Assembly (NCBI GenBank): GCA_964252035.1
Contig: OZ176203.1
Length of the DNA stretch: 64,000 bases
Reading direction: 5' to 3' (one strand)
DNA from: Podarcis erhardii
Lineage: Eukaryota
The notes beneath the pieces were generated by a model. The model ran no database searches. It saw only the letters and a program-made list of their open reading frames with translations, and was not told the origin of the DNA. Shown in pieces: positions 49,463 to 62,087 of the stretch (position 1 is the stretch's first letter; the number at the start of each line of letters is the position of its first letter). Both the position numbers and the translations under genes were made by a program.

Positions 49463-49822
49463 ACATCCAATAAAATGGAACAGTGGAATATTTAGGACAG
49501 ATAACAGAAAGTAATCCTTCATGCAGTGTGTGGTTATACTTTGGAACTTGCTCCTGATGGCCACCAACTTGGATGGCTTTTAGACAAATTCATAGAGGAC
49601 AAGGCTATCTGCAGCTACTAGCCACAATGCTTGGCACCTCCAAAGTCAGAGGCAATATGCCTCTGAATACTAGCTGATGGGAACTGCAGGTGGGCAAAGT
49701 GCTCTTGCACGCATTTCAGCTTGTAGGCTGACACAGGATATCTGGTTGGCCACAGAGGATGCTAGACTAGATGGGTCATTGGCCTGATCCAGCGGGTTTG
49801 CTTTACATTCTCATGTTCCTAT
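49463..49822 (+). mobile_element. Old CR1-family 3' fragment
   Basis: ...GGCCACCAACTTGGATGGCTTT..GACAAATTCAT.GAGGA...CTAGATGGG....GGCCTGATCCAGC...TTCTCATGTTCCTATG. Confidence 0.65.
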
Positions 49823-50574
49823 GGTCTCCCCTCCCCTCTTAAAAGCCAACATAGGGCTGGTTCATAGCACTCCTTTAGCCATGTTTTATCCAAAGGCCAG
49901 ATAGGGGGACAGGGGACTTTTAATTTAGCGAAGGAGCTGAGCTGCTCACTTGAAAGCTAACAGCACATGCTTAACTCAGCAGATAGTCACTTCTGTCACT
50001 GTGTTTAGCCCTGAATAATTTAATAAGACCTTGGAAATGGAGACTGCTGCTTCCATTCAGAGTTTTTTAACCAAAGGGTTGAAGCAGGGACCTGTAGCCA
50101 CAGTTGCTGTCTGGAATTCAGGAGGAAGAGCTTTCTCAGTGTAGTGAGGTGACACAAACTCTTCATTTCTTGCAAGCTGGAATAACAATAACAACAACAA
50201 ATAGGGTGTTGACAGGGTGCTACCACTTTTATTGCTAAAGGCTACAGCAAGCAGAAACTCAGTTAGAAAAGCTTTTCCTGGCAGGGAGATGCAATGAGGG
50301 ACTAGAGTACATCTGTTGATATTTGCCTTCTATGTGGGCTTATAAGTTTTGGGTGATAATTTTTGAGTTGCCCCTTTTTTAAAAAAGAAAAGTCACAGAA
50401 CCACTTCCCACTGAGGAGGAGGAAACCTTGTTACAGGGTGGCAAAACCAAATTGTCCACAGGATTTCCCAAGGAATTCATTCCTTCTATAAACTGACATG
50501 ATCCGCTACTCCAAGATGAATGTGAGGATCGGAATGTTGTTATCCATCTGCATATGAACTGACCCAGAGCCTGC

Positions 50575-50900
50575 ACTTGTCATCTGAGACCTTTCTATAT
50601 GTTCCCCATCCCAGAAAGGTTTGTAGGGTGGCAACAAGAGAAAGGGCCTTTTCTGAGTGTGGAATGCTCTCCCCAGAGAGACTCGCCTGGCGCCATCACT
50701 ACATATTTTTAGTGCCAGGCAAAAATGCCTATGGCTATAAAATAATATTTGGCCTGTAAAAGTCTGGGGAAGAGGACTCTTATTATATTTTATTAGGCTG
50801 TCTGTCAGTATGCTTTTTATTATGTTTTTATTATTGATGTTCTATAATGTGTTTTTGATATGTACACTGCCTTGGGATCTTTTAATAAAGGAGAGTATAT
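50575..50900 (+). mobile_element. Degraded L2 3' end
   Basis: GAAAGGGCCTTTTCTGAG..TGGAATGCTCTCCCCAG, a decayed RAFS..WNALP motif, with an AT-rich tail. Confidence 0.6.
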
Positions 50901-51447
50901 AAATTGAAATTCATCACCATCATTATCATTATCATCATATATTGTCATGCCTCTTGAATGATCTGACATAGTTCTCAACTAAAAGAAGAAAATCAAAATG
51001 TGTGTGTGTGTGTTTTCAGAGAAGATTTTTTAAAACGTTTTTTAAATGCAAACTTTGGGATGAGGTATTTTTTTAAAAATCATAGCTTAATGTGAAATGA
51101 TGTAGAGTGAATACATAAAAAATAGGCTGTTCTATCCATCGCTAACTGTCCATTCCTGCCAGCCTGCTGCTTCTTCATTCAAGCAAATCTTTTGAAAAAC
51201 TCCCTGTCTAAATATCACAGGTGTCAACTGGTGTGTGTGTGTGTCCTTTGAATCGTTGATATCTATACTAGCTTAAATAATTGGAAGATAAGTAGTGGTT
51301 CCACCAAAAGTTATTATTAAGTGCTAAACAATTGTCATGCAGTGCCAGTTGTGGTTTCATTGCCTGAGGGCTGCATTTTTTCACCTATCAGGTCTCTGGA
51401 TAGACACAGGAAATTGACTTCCTTTGTTTTCTTTTTCCTGCCCTTAA

Positions 51448-51720
<273 letters not shown>

Positions 51721-51902
51721 TAAATTGAAAACGGGACATAGTGACTGCATGCCTTCGTTTGGTTGTCACTCACACTCTCCGATCAAAGTTTCTGCGGTTT
51801 ATAGGGGACGATCATTGTTCCGCCTTGGAGCTGTTTTCATTAAATCTCTCTCAGTGTCACACTGTCATGTGATGTTGAAATTCCTAAGCTAAATTTGTAG
51901 GG

Positions 51903-51948
<46 letters not shown>
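51903..51948. repeat. Compound (TG)n(AG)n microsatellite
   Basis: Read directly. Confidence 0.95.
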
Positions 51949-51950
<2 letters not shown>

Positions 51951-54073
51951 CATACTGCAAATGTTTGGGTTGGGTTTGTGGTAACAGGCCTAGCAGGAGA
52001 GAGAAATTGTGTGAGAGAGTATGCTTTGTGTTAAAGCTATCCTGCTTCAAGCTGATCTGCAAATATGAATGCAACACAATCCTTGGTTCATTTTTCCCCT
52101 GAGTCAAGTATGATTGGGGGAATGAAATGCTCTGAGAACCATCGATGTGACAGGCAAAACTATCAGCCCCATAACTCGAGTTTAAAATATGCCAAATTCT
52201 CTCCTTCCATGCTCAGAATAATAATAAGGCACCCTGCTGATACATAAATAAGAAAACAGGAAACTTCATTTCAGATAGGTGGCCATTCTGCTGTAAGTCA
52301 ATTTAGGTAGCTCTGTGCCTTCCCGGAAGATTTTTGTTTTGCCTACCATCCAGAAATCATTAGTGGGAAGAGGAGATGCCCAGCTTCTAAACAACAAAAT
52401 GTAACCATAATAAAGATAATGAGGAAAAGGGAACAAAAAGAAGTTGATCTGAAAGTCGTCTTCACCTGACTGAGTGCCACTACAGGGTGATAAGTTTTGG
52501 GTTTCTTAAAATAAAATATAAAAAGCACCGTATTAGTGAAACAAAGCAAATATCTGATGTCTTCCCGTTCCAAAAAAAGCCCATTGGGTGTCGAGTGATT
52601 TTCTTCCCCTTGTCACAAAAAAAGCAATTAATTTTCTTGAAGTGCCTATTTCATCTTTCTGCCTCCTTTTGAAATAATTCCCTTTCACTGAATACCTTGG
52701 AAGAAAACAAACGCACAATGAGCAATGAGGCAGAACTCTGCTGTGAAGGACAAGCAAAAATGTAGAAGAGCTCTTCACATCTTAATTCCGGCAGAAAACA
52801 CACCCAAGTGGACTTGTATTGTTATGTTGGGTTTGTAGACTGTGTAGAAACTACAGGGGGCTGGATGAAAAAAGGAACAGAGAGAAGGCACATTGAGGAA
52901 CATATATAGAATATACTTTTAAAAGGTACTTGAGGGAGAAATGACCGTGATGAGTTGAGATGTGTTTACATTCTTAGTTATCCCAAGATACACGCTTCCT
53001 GGACACATATCATTATGTAAAGTGAAGTGCATGAGATTCAATAACCAGAGTGAAATCGGCACACTTCTCTTTCATCCAATGACAAATTATTTCATCGATA
53101 ATAAGCAGGGTCAATATGAAGTTTTCGCCACACTAGACAAAAGACTATAAAAGTGTCCAGCCCACTCAGTTACAATCACATGGAGGGGAAGATTCCTCCA
53201 TAATGTGGAACCTAATCTAGTACTAAAGAGAGTCAGCAAATGAGTGTCAAGGCATGCATTCATGCCATTATTACATGTGGTTTTGTAATTTATTTATTTT
53301 TTAAAAAACCCGAATGACTGGAGCTGATGGTTGGATGAATAAATGAGTTTGTACACTATAGGTAGGGTAGTGGTGTTTCTACCGTATATTTTTTCTTTTA
53401 AAAAATGAATGTAAGAATACTTTCTAGTACTAATATATAACGCACAATATAATATCGCTAGATACTGTAAAATACTATAATGATGTATAATGCATAACTT
53501 TGTTATTTACTGCTATCGTTAAACATCCTTCTCCACATACAACCTCCTAAAATAATGTCTTCCTTATCATTTCATTTTAGCAGTGCAAATAGTTTCGTGA
53601 TAAACCTTTGTTTCCTATGTTGCAAATATGGTGTGTGTGGGGGGGATTTTTTTCAAACTGTTCCTTTTTCCACCTTCTTTTCCCCAACCATTCTATTTAA
53701 AACTCTTGAAGAGTGTGCTACATTTTTACACAACCATTTTACTGATGCTGGAACTGTCAGGCTTGAGGTTTATGCAAGAGTCTTGTTTGCCAGGTGTGTA
53801 CATTTTGGGATTAGCCATGATGAGCAGTGAGTTCCCAGGTACACACCCAATGAAATAGATCACAGATATAAATTTAATTAATTAATTGGCAGTATATTTG
53901 GGAGGGGTTTTCGTACAACGGTGCCTGCTTCTGTAGAGCAAATGGAATGGATGAAACAGATTTGCTGGTTGAACAAAGTGTATCTGAATTTTAATGCTGG
54001 GGTACCAAGGAACCAAATGCATCTCCACTCCCTTATGGGCATTCCCAATTATTCCTTAAGGCACTGTGTAAAC

Positions 54074-54259
54074 CAGGTGTTGTCAACCTGGTCCCTACTG
54101 CCCGCTAATGGGCGTTTCAGGATTCTAGGTGGGCGATAGGTGGTTCTACGGCACAAGCTGAATCCTTCTTCCATTGAGCATTGGTGGGTGGTAAGGAAAT
54201 TTTTACCATCAAGAAAGATGCATTAGTGGGCGGTAGGTATAAAAAGGTTGACCACCCCG
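54074..54259. mobile_element. hAT MITE
   Basis: TIRs CAGGTGTTGTCAACCT / AGGTTGACCACCCCG, perfect 8-bp TSD GTGTAAAC. Confidence 0.9.
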
Positions 54260-55019
54260 GTGTAAACTGATGGTATAATAAAAATAATATTTTGTCCGAT
54301 GCAAAATATCTCATTGAGTAGTAACAAAGATAACTTTGTAGTAAGGCAACGTGGTGTGTGTTTTTCCTATTGGGAAAAGGAATTCTGTATAATCATACAT
54401 TCGGCAGGTTTTCAAAAGAGGAAAAAAAAATCATAGCTCACCTTGAGGATTGAACTGCAAGCAGGCTACTTCTGTCAGACAGCTGTCAAGCCTCTTCTAA
54501 TAACAAACACCATATGCAATTCCCTTCATACAAAACACTACATAACTTTTACTAGCCAAATTAAAATGAAAAAGCAGAAATATGCAGCACCACTGAGCTA
54601 TGAAAGATTGGATAGGCTGCATGAGCGATTTTACCTCTGGAGCTTGTGTCGAGAACCATGCATGAAGAAAATAATATATAACGTTGTGCATTAGTAGTCT
54701 TTGCTTAGGTAAATGTGACTGAATGTTTTATTCCCCCCTCCCCCCTTTCATTCTACTTTTTCTTTGTTAGTACCAAAACCTAAGTTGCAAATAAGTGGGG
54801 GAGGGAGCTATCCGGCATTTTTTCAGATAGCTTTACTTCCAATTATTGGGAAAGCTGCTGCCACACAGCCTTGCAAGTTTTCCCACTTCTCCTTTCGTAT
54901 AGATTTTCTGACCTCATATGGCAGCGGGTGGACGATTTATGGTGCCCTCCCGATGTTGTAGGACTACAACTTCCATCATCCCTGACCACTGATGATCAGG
55001 AGGCTTGGGCTGATGGGAC

Positions 55020-55480
55020 TTTCATCAACAGAAATATAGTGTCCAGGTCAAGTGAAGTAATAGCCCTGCGCTATGCTGCCTTGAGATCCAGAGATCACAC
55101 CTGGAATATTGTGTCCAGTTCTGGGCACCACAAAAAGGATATTGACACACTGGAATGTGTGCTGAGGGCAACCAAGATGACCAAGGGTCTGGAAGCCAAG
55201 CCTTATGAGGAATGGTTGAAGGAGCAGGGTGATGTTTAACCTGGTAAAGAGGAGACACTGAGGAGATATGATTGCCATCTTCAAATATCTAAAGGGCTGT
55301 CATGGGAAAGATGGAGCAAGCTTGTTTTTGCCTGCTCTGGACTACAGGACCCAAACCAATGGATTCAAGTTACAAGGTGGTGGACTTTCCTTCCCGAGGT
55401 GTTTTTAAGCAGAGGTTGGATGGCCATTTGTCATGTATGATCTAATTGAGATTCCTGGACCGGATGACAATTCTACAATT
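55020..55480 (+). mobile_element. CR1 LINE 3' fragment
   Basis: Homologous to 40420-41222, with frameshifts and internal deletions. Confidence 0.9.
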
Positions 55481-56456
55481 CAACCTGCAAGGCACCATGT
55501 TGAAAACCCCATCATATGATCTACCAAGCCAGGAACACGTGATGTTCTGTATAAGGTGATTGTGGAAAATTGACCTGTTATCAAAATCATTTGCCAAGCC
55601 TATGGATTTCAGTGGGTTTACTCTAAGTATGACTTAACTGGATACAAGCAGATGTGTATATAAACCTTCTGGATAATTTGTATCTGCCTTAGGCCACTCT
55701 TAACTGCCATGACTGCCAACCATTGTTTGAAGGCTACAAAGAATCCCAAGAATTGTAGTTTGAGAATGTTTGACATTAATTACTGCTGCAATTTTATCCT
55801 GCTCAGAATGCATTTTCAGCTTCAGCAACACTAGCCTCCCTTCCTTCAAACTTAGCGTATAACTTTGTCACCAAAATGACCCCAGGGACTTAAAAGCAAG
55901 AAATCCTATCCTTCCAGGCTCAATGCTTAGAGAGCTTGATTCAAAATGACCTTTTTTAGCTTGAGAATGGATGCGTCATCTCAGAATAAGCCTTGCTAAT
56001 ATGCTTTTCACAAGTTCTCCCTCTCTTATCTCCAATATGTTGATTGGTCCACGTCACAAGAAGTGGGTGGTCAGCCATTTGCAATCCTGAAGGTCTTTCC
56101 CTCCTAAAATGTTTCCCAAGAGATTCAGAATCACTCTGAGCATCTTTTGAAGAATCTGATGGTATGAGAGGTTCCTGCTTCTATGTCTCTTGAAGGACAG
56201 GAGTTTATTTCTCCTTCTTTGCCCTTTAGTGGTAGACTTTAAAACCTGCAACTCAAGCAAATATGTACCTTACCACTGAGATAAAGCAACAATGTGTTTT
56301 CATTTATACTTGAATTCTGGAACTGAAGTGAGAGGAGTCCTATTCACACAAAGCTTCATTGGAGGAAACCATGTTTTCCTTGTTCTTCCTTCTCTCTGTA
56401 GCTTCCTGTGCCTCGTTGAAAAGCTACTTCTGATGGTTAGGGGACCTCTGGAAGAG

Positions 56457-56457
<1 letters not shown>

Positions 56458-56506
<49 letters not shown>

Positions 56507-56891
56507 TTATTATTTGTACCCCGCCCATCTGGCTGGGTTTCCCCAGCCACTCTGGGCGGCTTCCATAGAAACCAAAAATACACTAAAATATCACACATTA
56601 AAAACTTCCCTGAACAGGGCTGCCTTAAGATGTCTTCTGAATGTCAGGTAGTTGTTTATCGCTTTGACATCTGATGGGAGGGCGTTCCACAGGGCGGGCA
56701 CCACTACCGAGAAGGCCCTCTGCCTGGTTTCCTGTAGCTTTGCTTCTCGCAATGAGGGAACTGCCAGAAGGCCCTTGGCACTGGACCTCAGCGTCTGGGC
56801 AGAATGATGGGGGTGGAGACGCTCCTTCAGGTATACTGGACCGAGGCCATTTAGGGCTTTAAAGGTCAACACCAGCACTTTGAATTGTGCT
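56458..56891 (-). mobile_element. L2-clade LINE 3' end with (TAT)n tail
   Basis: ORF LVLTFKALNGLGPVYLKERL...LRSS..GLLAVP...RAFSVVVPALWNALP is the L2 ORF2 C-terminus. Confidence 0.92.
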
Positions 56892-59295
56892 GGGGAAGGG
56901 GAAAATCGATGAAAATCATCCTTCCCATTTCTTCTGATAAGAATGTTAGTCAGATTCCCTTCTGTGAATGTCTGGATTCAACTCCATGTGGTCTAATTTC
57001 CTAATAATATCATTGTATCTATTACATTAAATTGCCTCTGAATTCCAGCTTTCTTAGATGCTCTGCTGTGCTACATTCTACTAAGAGGCAGATATTTTGG
57101 TTTTATAAGAAACACTAAGGCTGAGTACACACCATGCAGTTAAAATGCATTCAGAGCATATGCACCCCAATGAATCTTGGGAGCTGTACCTTAATCCTCA
57201 CAGAGCTACAATTCCCAGCACCTTTAGCATACTAGAGACCTTGTGTCCCTCACAGGGAAAGGTACTGACATTCTTTGTTAGAAACTTCCAGCCACCTCAC
57301 CTGTTCCTCTACAATTGCCACAGATCTCTGGTGAGAGATAATAGCTATTAAACCCGTTTAACAGCACAATTCTGTGTCTGGCTACTGAGAAGTAAGCCTC
57401 ATTCAATGGAGTTCAATGGAGTTCAATGGAGCTTACTTCCAGGTTAGTGTTTATAAGTTGGCAGCCTAACTCTGCAGTGTGCTGAGTGTTTGTGAAAGAA
57501 AGAGCAACAATAAACACAGACATGGCCTCCAAGAAACAATTATGAAATCATTTCCCCTAAAAGAATTTCAGGGCATGAGAGATGTCTTTCAAAGCATGTC
57601 AGTCATTTTGGCTCTGAAGGGCTCTCCCAAGATGATTTCAAATGTCACATTTGCCATGTTGCATTGTCAGTCACAGTGAGGTAAATCTGGGGCCTTTTCA
57701 GATGATTTTTATCGAACAAGAAATGTGCACTTGTTACTCAAGTTTTGTACATGATCCAGTCCCCCCCCCCCCGTGCCCAAATCTCCTAGTTTCTACAGAG
57801 AAATTTCCTGAAATGAAGAACCCAAAACAATCTATTTTACAGTTATTCTGAATGTGCTGGTGGGTTCTTCGTAGCTCCATGTCAGACTTCAGGAGGAAGC
57901 TAATTGGATAATTTCTGGTCCCTGCCACTTTTGTATGAGATCACCACGCTTGGTCTCTGCCCAGAATCTGACTCTGCACTTATAGCCTCCTCCTCGGTCA
58001 ACTCTGTGTCCCCTGCAGAGAGCAGATGAGGCCCATTGGAACCCACTGGAACCCCCCCCCCCAGAATCATTCAACTCTTCCAGCTCCTCCCACCCTTCCT
58101 CCTGATCCAACCATCCCCTCCAGTTGGACTGCAACTCCCATCAGCCCCTGGGGGGATGTTGAACATTCTACTCTATCTCTACAATCTGGAGGCAACTTTA
58201 GAAGGGAGAAGAGAAACATTTCTTCTTTTCTGCCATCAGATTTTTGTTGGTGGCAGTGACATTATCTCATCTCAAGAGTAGTGAGCAGAATTTGCACCAC
58301 CACAAAGAGAGGCAGGCTATGCCAGTAATGTCAGGTAATAGCTGAACTATATTTTGTTTTCTCATTGCCATGTCAGGAAGCATCTAAGATCTTACCCCAC
58401 TTCAAGATGTCACCTACATCTCCTATATAGATGTGGTTAATTCACAGAGGTGCCAATATTTGGTTCTGATAATGAGTCCATTGTGTAACTGTCAATAGAA
58501 AATTTGCTTTCAATAGCATAAGTGTTCATATGTAGCGGGAGGCTGTAGCTACATTTTGATTCATTGGTTAATTATTTTGTGTTACAATTATTTTTCTCAT
58601 TTGTTTTATCCTTCCTTGAAGCAGTCTTGTAGGAAAGGGGGAGGGGTATCAACAGCTCAGTGGGAAAAGATGTGAATGCTCTAGCTCATCAGTCTCATTC
58701 CCAAGAGTTTCAAGTAATTTATTTTAAAATGGATGATTATGTTTTGGAAACACTTCTTTTTTCATTTGCTTACAAATCAAAATGCTGACATTTTGCAATT
58801 ATGAATTATCCCTAAATTGCCTTGCATTTCAAGGATAGTGCTTGAAGCAACATCTACAAACTAAAGTGGCTTAGCGTTGACTTTTTCTTTGTTTTTTAGT
58901 TTGCTACTTTGCTGTGTATTAATGGCTGAAAATGGGTATCGGCATCCTGGCCTTGCCTATGACAAGTAGGAAGTTTCAGTGACAGTGAGAAGATTGGATA
59001 TGTGATATATGCAATACATAAATATTTGCAGACCCTTTGAGGATAAAATGGATGTTGTTCACCTATTGGGGAGGCTACTGTTGTGGATTTCCTGCACTAA
59101 TATATGTTCACTAATATATACATTTTTATGCACACTTTATCCTGGTAAGTGCATTTGTGCACATTACTTGGCTGGAGAATTGCATTGCAAAATTCGGAGA
59201 AGTGCAAATTTCATAGGGCGGCTGAGTTTTGGTTCTTGTATTGTTTCAGAAACTGTGAATTAGGTAACTGAATCAAACTTCTCTTCTATCCCTAC

Positions 59296-59640
59296 TCCTA
59301 GTAAAAATTGCAGCCTGAAGCACTCAAATGTCAGCCTTTGGGCCAGTTCAGGTTCCCAAGGTGTCTTCAAGGGCAGCCCCATGTAGAATACATTGCAGTA
59401 ATCCAATCTGAGCTTGGAGTACTGTGCCCTAGTCATCTCTGCCCAACAGGGGCTGCAGCTGGCAAACCAACTGGAGCTGAAAATTGGCACTCCTGGACCC
59501 TGAGGCCACTTGGGCCTCAAGTGTCAATATTGAATCTAGGTGTACCCCCAGGCTTGAAGCTTGCTCCTTCTAGGGAAGTGCAATCCTGCCCAAAACAGTC
59601 TGTCTTCATACCTCCTGAACTCAGGAACTTGGAACTCTAA
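59296..59640 (-). mobile_element. Degraded L2 fragment
   Basis: Frame RLDYCNVFYMGLPLKTPWEPELAQ resembles L2 SRLDYCNALY.GLPLK...LQLVQ. Confidence 0.8.
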
Positions 59641-60284
59641 ACATCTGTCTTTTCAGGATTCACTTTGTTTGTTGGCCCACACCCAGCCCATCAATGCATT
59701 CATACATCTGTCTAGCACCTTAACTGCATCTCCAGATTCATATGGAGCAGATCTGTGGCGTAGATTCTCGCCGAGCTTCGCTTACTGTGATTTTGAATAG
59801 TCCTTCAACATTCTGGAAAGATTTGACTGGCTTGATGTGTGTGCAGGCAAAATAGCCATATTGGGAGTAAGCTCCCCACAAGGCATGTTTGGCCCAAGCC
59901 ATTTACTTGGAAATGTCAGCTGGCCAAATTTTAACCTACTCTACAGTAATATGGAAGGGGAGATATTTTCCACCCTGGTAATGAAAGGCTGGATTTTGTA
60001 TAACATTCTCGCTTCTTTGGAGACATGGGATATTGTGCCATTCGGAGCCAAGAGAATTGCCCAGGGTTGCAGTCTGTAAAACCATTTTCTGTTTAAATGT
60101 GCAGCTATATGTAATGGAACCATAACCCATCATTAGAGAATGCTGAAAGCAATATACCAGCCCTAATACCCCCAGAACTGAGGAAACAGACCCCTTTGGA
60201 GAAAATGTTCTGCCGTGTCCTCTAAAATGACTAGTAAAATAAGTCAGTGCATGCATTCCTTCAATCTAATAAGAACATTACGGC

Positions 60285-60376
60285 TGCAGTCCTGTCTTAT
60301 GCTTATTCAGCTGGGAGTGAGCCCAATTGAACTCAACAGTACTTATTTCTGAGTAGACATACATAGGATTGTGCTG
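60285..60376. repeat. Short hairpin-type interspersed repeat (old MITE-like family)
   Basis: GGCTGCAGTCCT...GGGAGTGAGCCCAATTGAACTCAA...TTCTGAGTAGACATACATAGGATTGTGC. Related remnants near 9135, 32960, 46760, 55600 and 57390. Confidence 0.5.
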
Positions 60377-61345
60377 GAAAAGCAGGAAGAAAAGGAGGTA
60401 GATATTCTTTGACGTTTTGGAGGCAGTTGGATTCTTGCTTCAGAAGCAGATGCTATAGAAGATGAATGTATCATTTATACTACTGCAAGGTGATTTACTT
60501 CATCATGCATATGTAAAACAACACTTTGGGGTCCAGTTATAATAGCTGGAGCAAAACAACCGGTTTTGCCCAATGGAAACTATATATGTAAGGAACTTTT
60601 AGAACTATTTTTTAAAAACTCCATTGGGAGTAGATAGCTTTACAGCCCATTAGCATTTAATTCAGGTAGTGTAATATTTTACTTGGAGGTGAAAACGCCA
60701 TGTGTGTGATTTTGCTATGTAAACAAATGCACCAAAAATTGGCTGGCTGCAATTCTGATGCCTTTCAGGTGACCTGAAATTTTCACTAGTTTCTAAACAG
60801 TTTGCAAATACCTTTATTCGTAACATAGAGTCTTTTGATGAAGTACCATTACCACTTTTTCCACCCAGCTATTTTCCAAGGGATATTGCCAAGTAGTCCA
60901 TTCATTTTCCTGGTGATGTTTCAGTTTGAATGCTGAAGCTTCCAAGAGTCTTTTTAAGTAAGAGCAGTTTATTGAAATTATACTACGTTTTGCATTATAC
61001 CGAATTTGCACAGTATCAGAGGTGGTTTGACAATCACAGCTTACTGCGTGTAATCCACATCCCAAATATTATGTTTTCCTGCTTGATGATTACTTTTTTT
61101 AAAATCACAAGATTGGCTGTTAAAAAACACACTCAGAGCTATCTGAATTACCTGTGGAGCCATCTGTGCATGCAATCCTATCACCAATGGCAGAATTCCC
61201 ATTGGTTTTATCGGAACAGGTAGCCTTAAATAATCTTAGTGTGCTGTATACATAGTACTACTGTGACTTGGGGAAAACTAAATTATGAATTTCTTTGTAC
61301 CCATGAGCCTCTGTTGGCTGACTCTTTCCTGGTGTTTCGCCATAC

Positions 61346-61594
61346 AGCCAGTGTGGTGTAGTGGTTAAGAGCGATAGACTCGTAATCTGGGGAACTGGAT
61401 TTGCGTCTCCGCTCCTCCACATGCAGCTGCTGGGTGACCTTGGGCCAGTCACACTTCTCTGAAGTTTCTCAGCCCCACTCACCTCACAAAGTGTTTGTTG
61501 TGGGGGAGGAAGGGAAAGGAGAATGTTAGCCGCTTTGAGACTCCTTCGGGTAGTGATAAAGCGGGATATCAAATCCAAACTCTTCTTCTTCTTC
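61346..61594 (+). mobile_element. tRNA-derived SINE (Squam2-like)
   Basis: Near-identical to the copies at 3344 and 22190, (CTT)n tail. Confidence 0.85.
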
Positions 61595-61881
61595 TATGCA
61601 CAAATGTCTTTGATAAATGCCCCCCACCCTATTTGTGATCAGAGAAACTGAGATGGCTATTTCTATAAAGCATTGCCAAAAAAGAGGGAATGGGAAACTC
61701 ATTTGCAGGTGCTGTATGGGCAGGTGCCGTGTAGGACAGTTTCTTCCAATTGCATTTGTCACAGTGAGTCTCTTGAACACAGAGAAGGAGAAGGAGAGGA
61801 CAGTGTCTGAGTGCAATTTTCGTTTTGAGTGCAACTCACAGCAAGCATAATCATTATCCTTCTGTTTGGTGTGATGGGGCG

Positions 61882-62087
61882 GCGGCACTCACCTGACTTG
61901 TGGTTGGTTGCATTGCTGCTGCTTACTGAGAGATAGAGGGGAGGTTGGTGTGGTGTAAACACACCAACGGGAGCACCAGATTGGCTCTGCCGGTGTGTTT
62001 GTACTGCACCAACCTCACTGCTGCTTCCTGCTCTATCTCCCAGAAAACAGCAGCAATGCAACCAACCGGAGATCAAGTGAGTGCCGC
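61882..62087. repeat. Long imperfect inverted repeat (foldback element)
   Basis: Left arm GCGGCACTCAC..TGGTTGGTTGCATTGCTGCTG..GAGATAGAG..GAGGTTGGTG..AAACACACC pairs with its reverse complement in the right arm. Confidence 0.85.
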
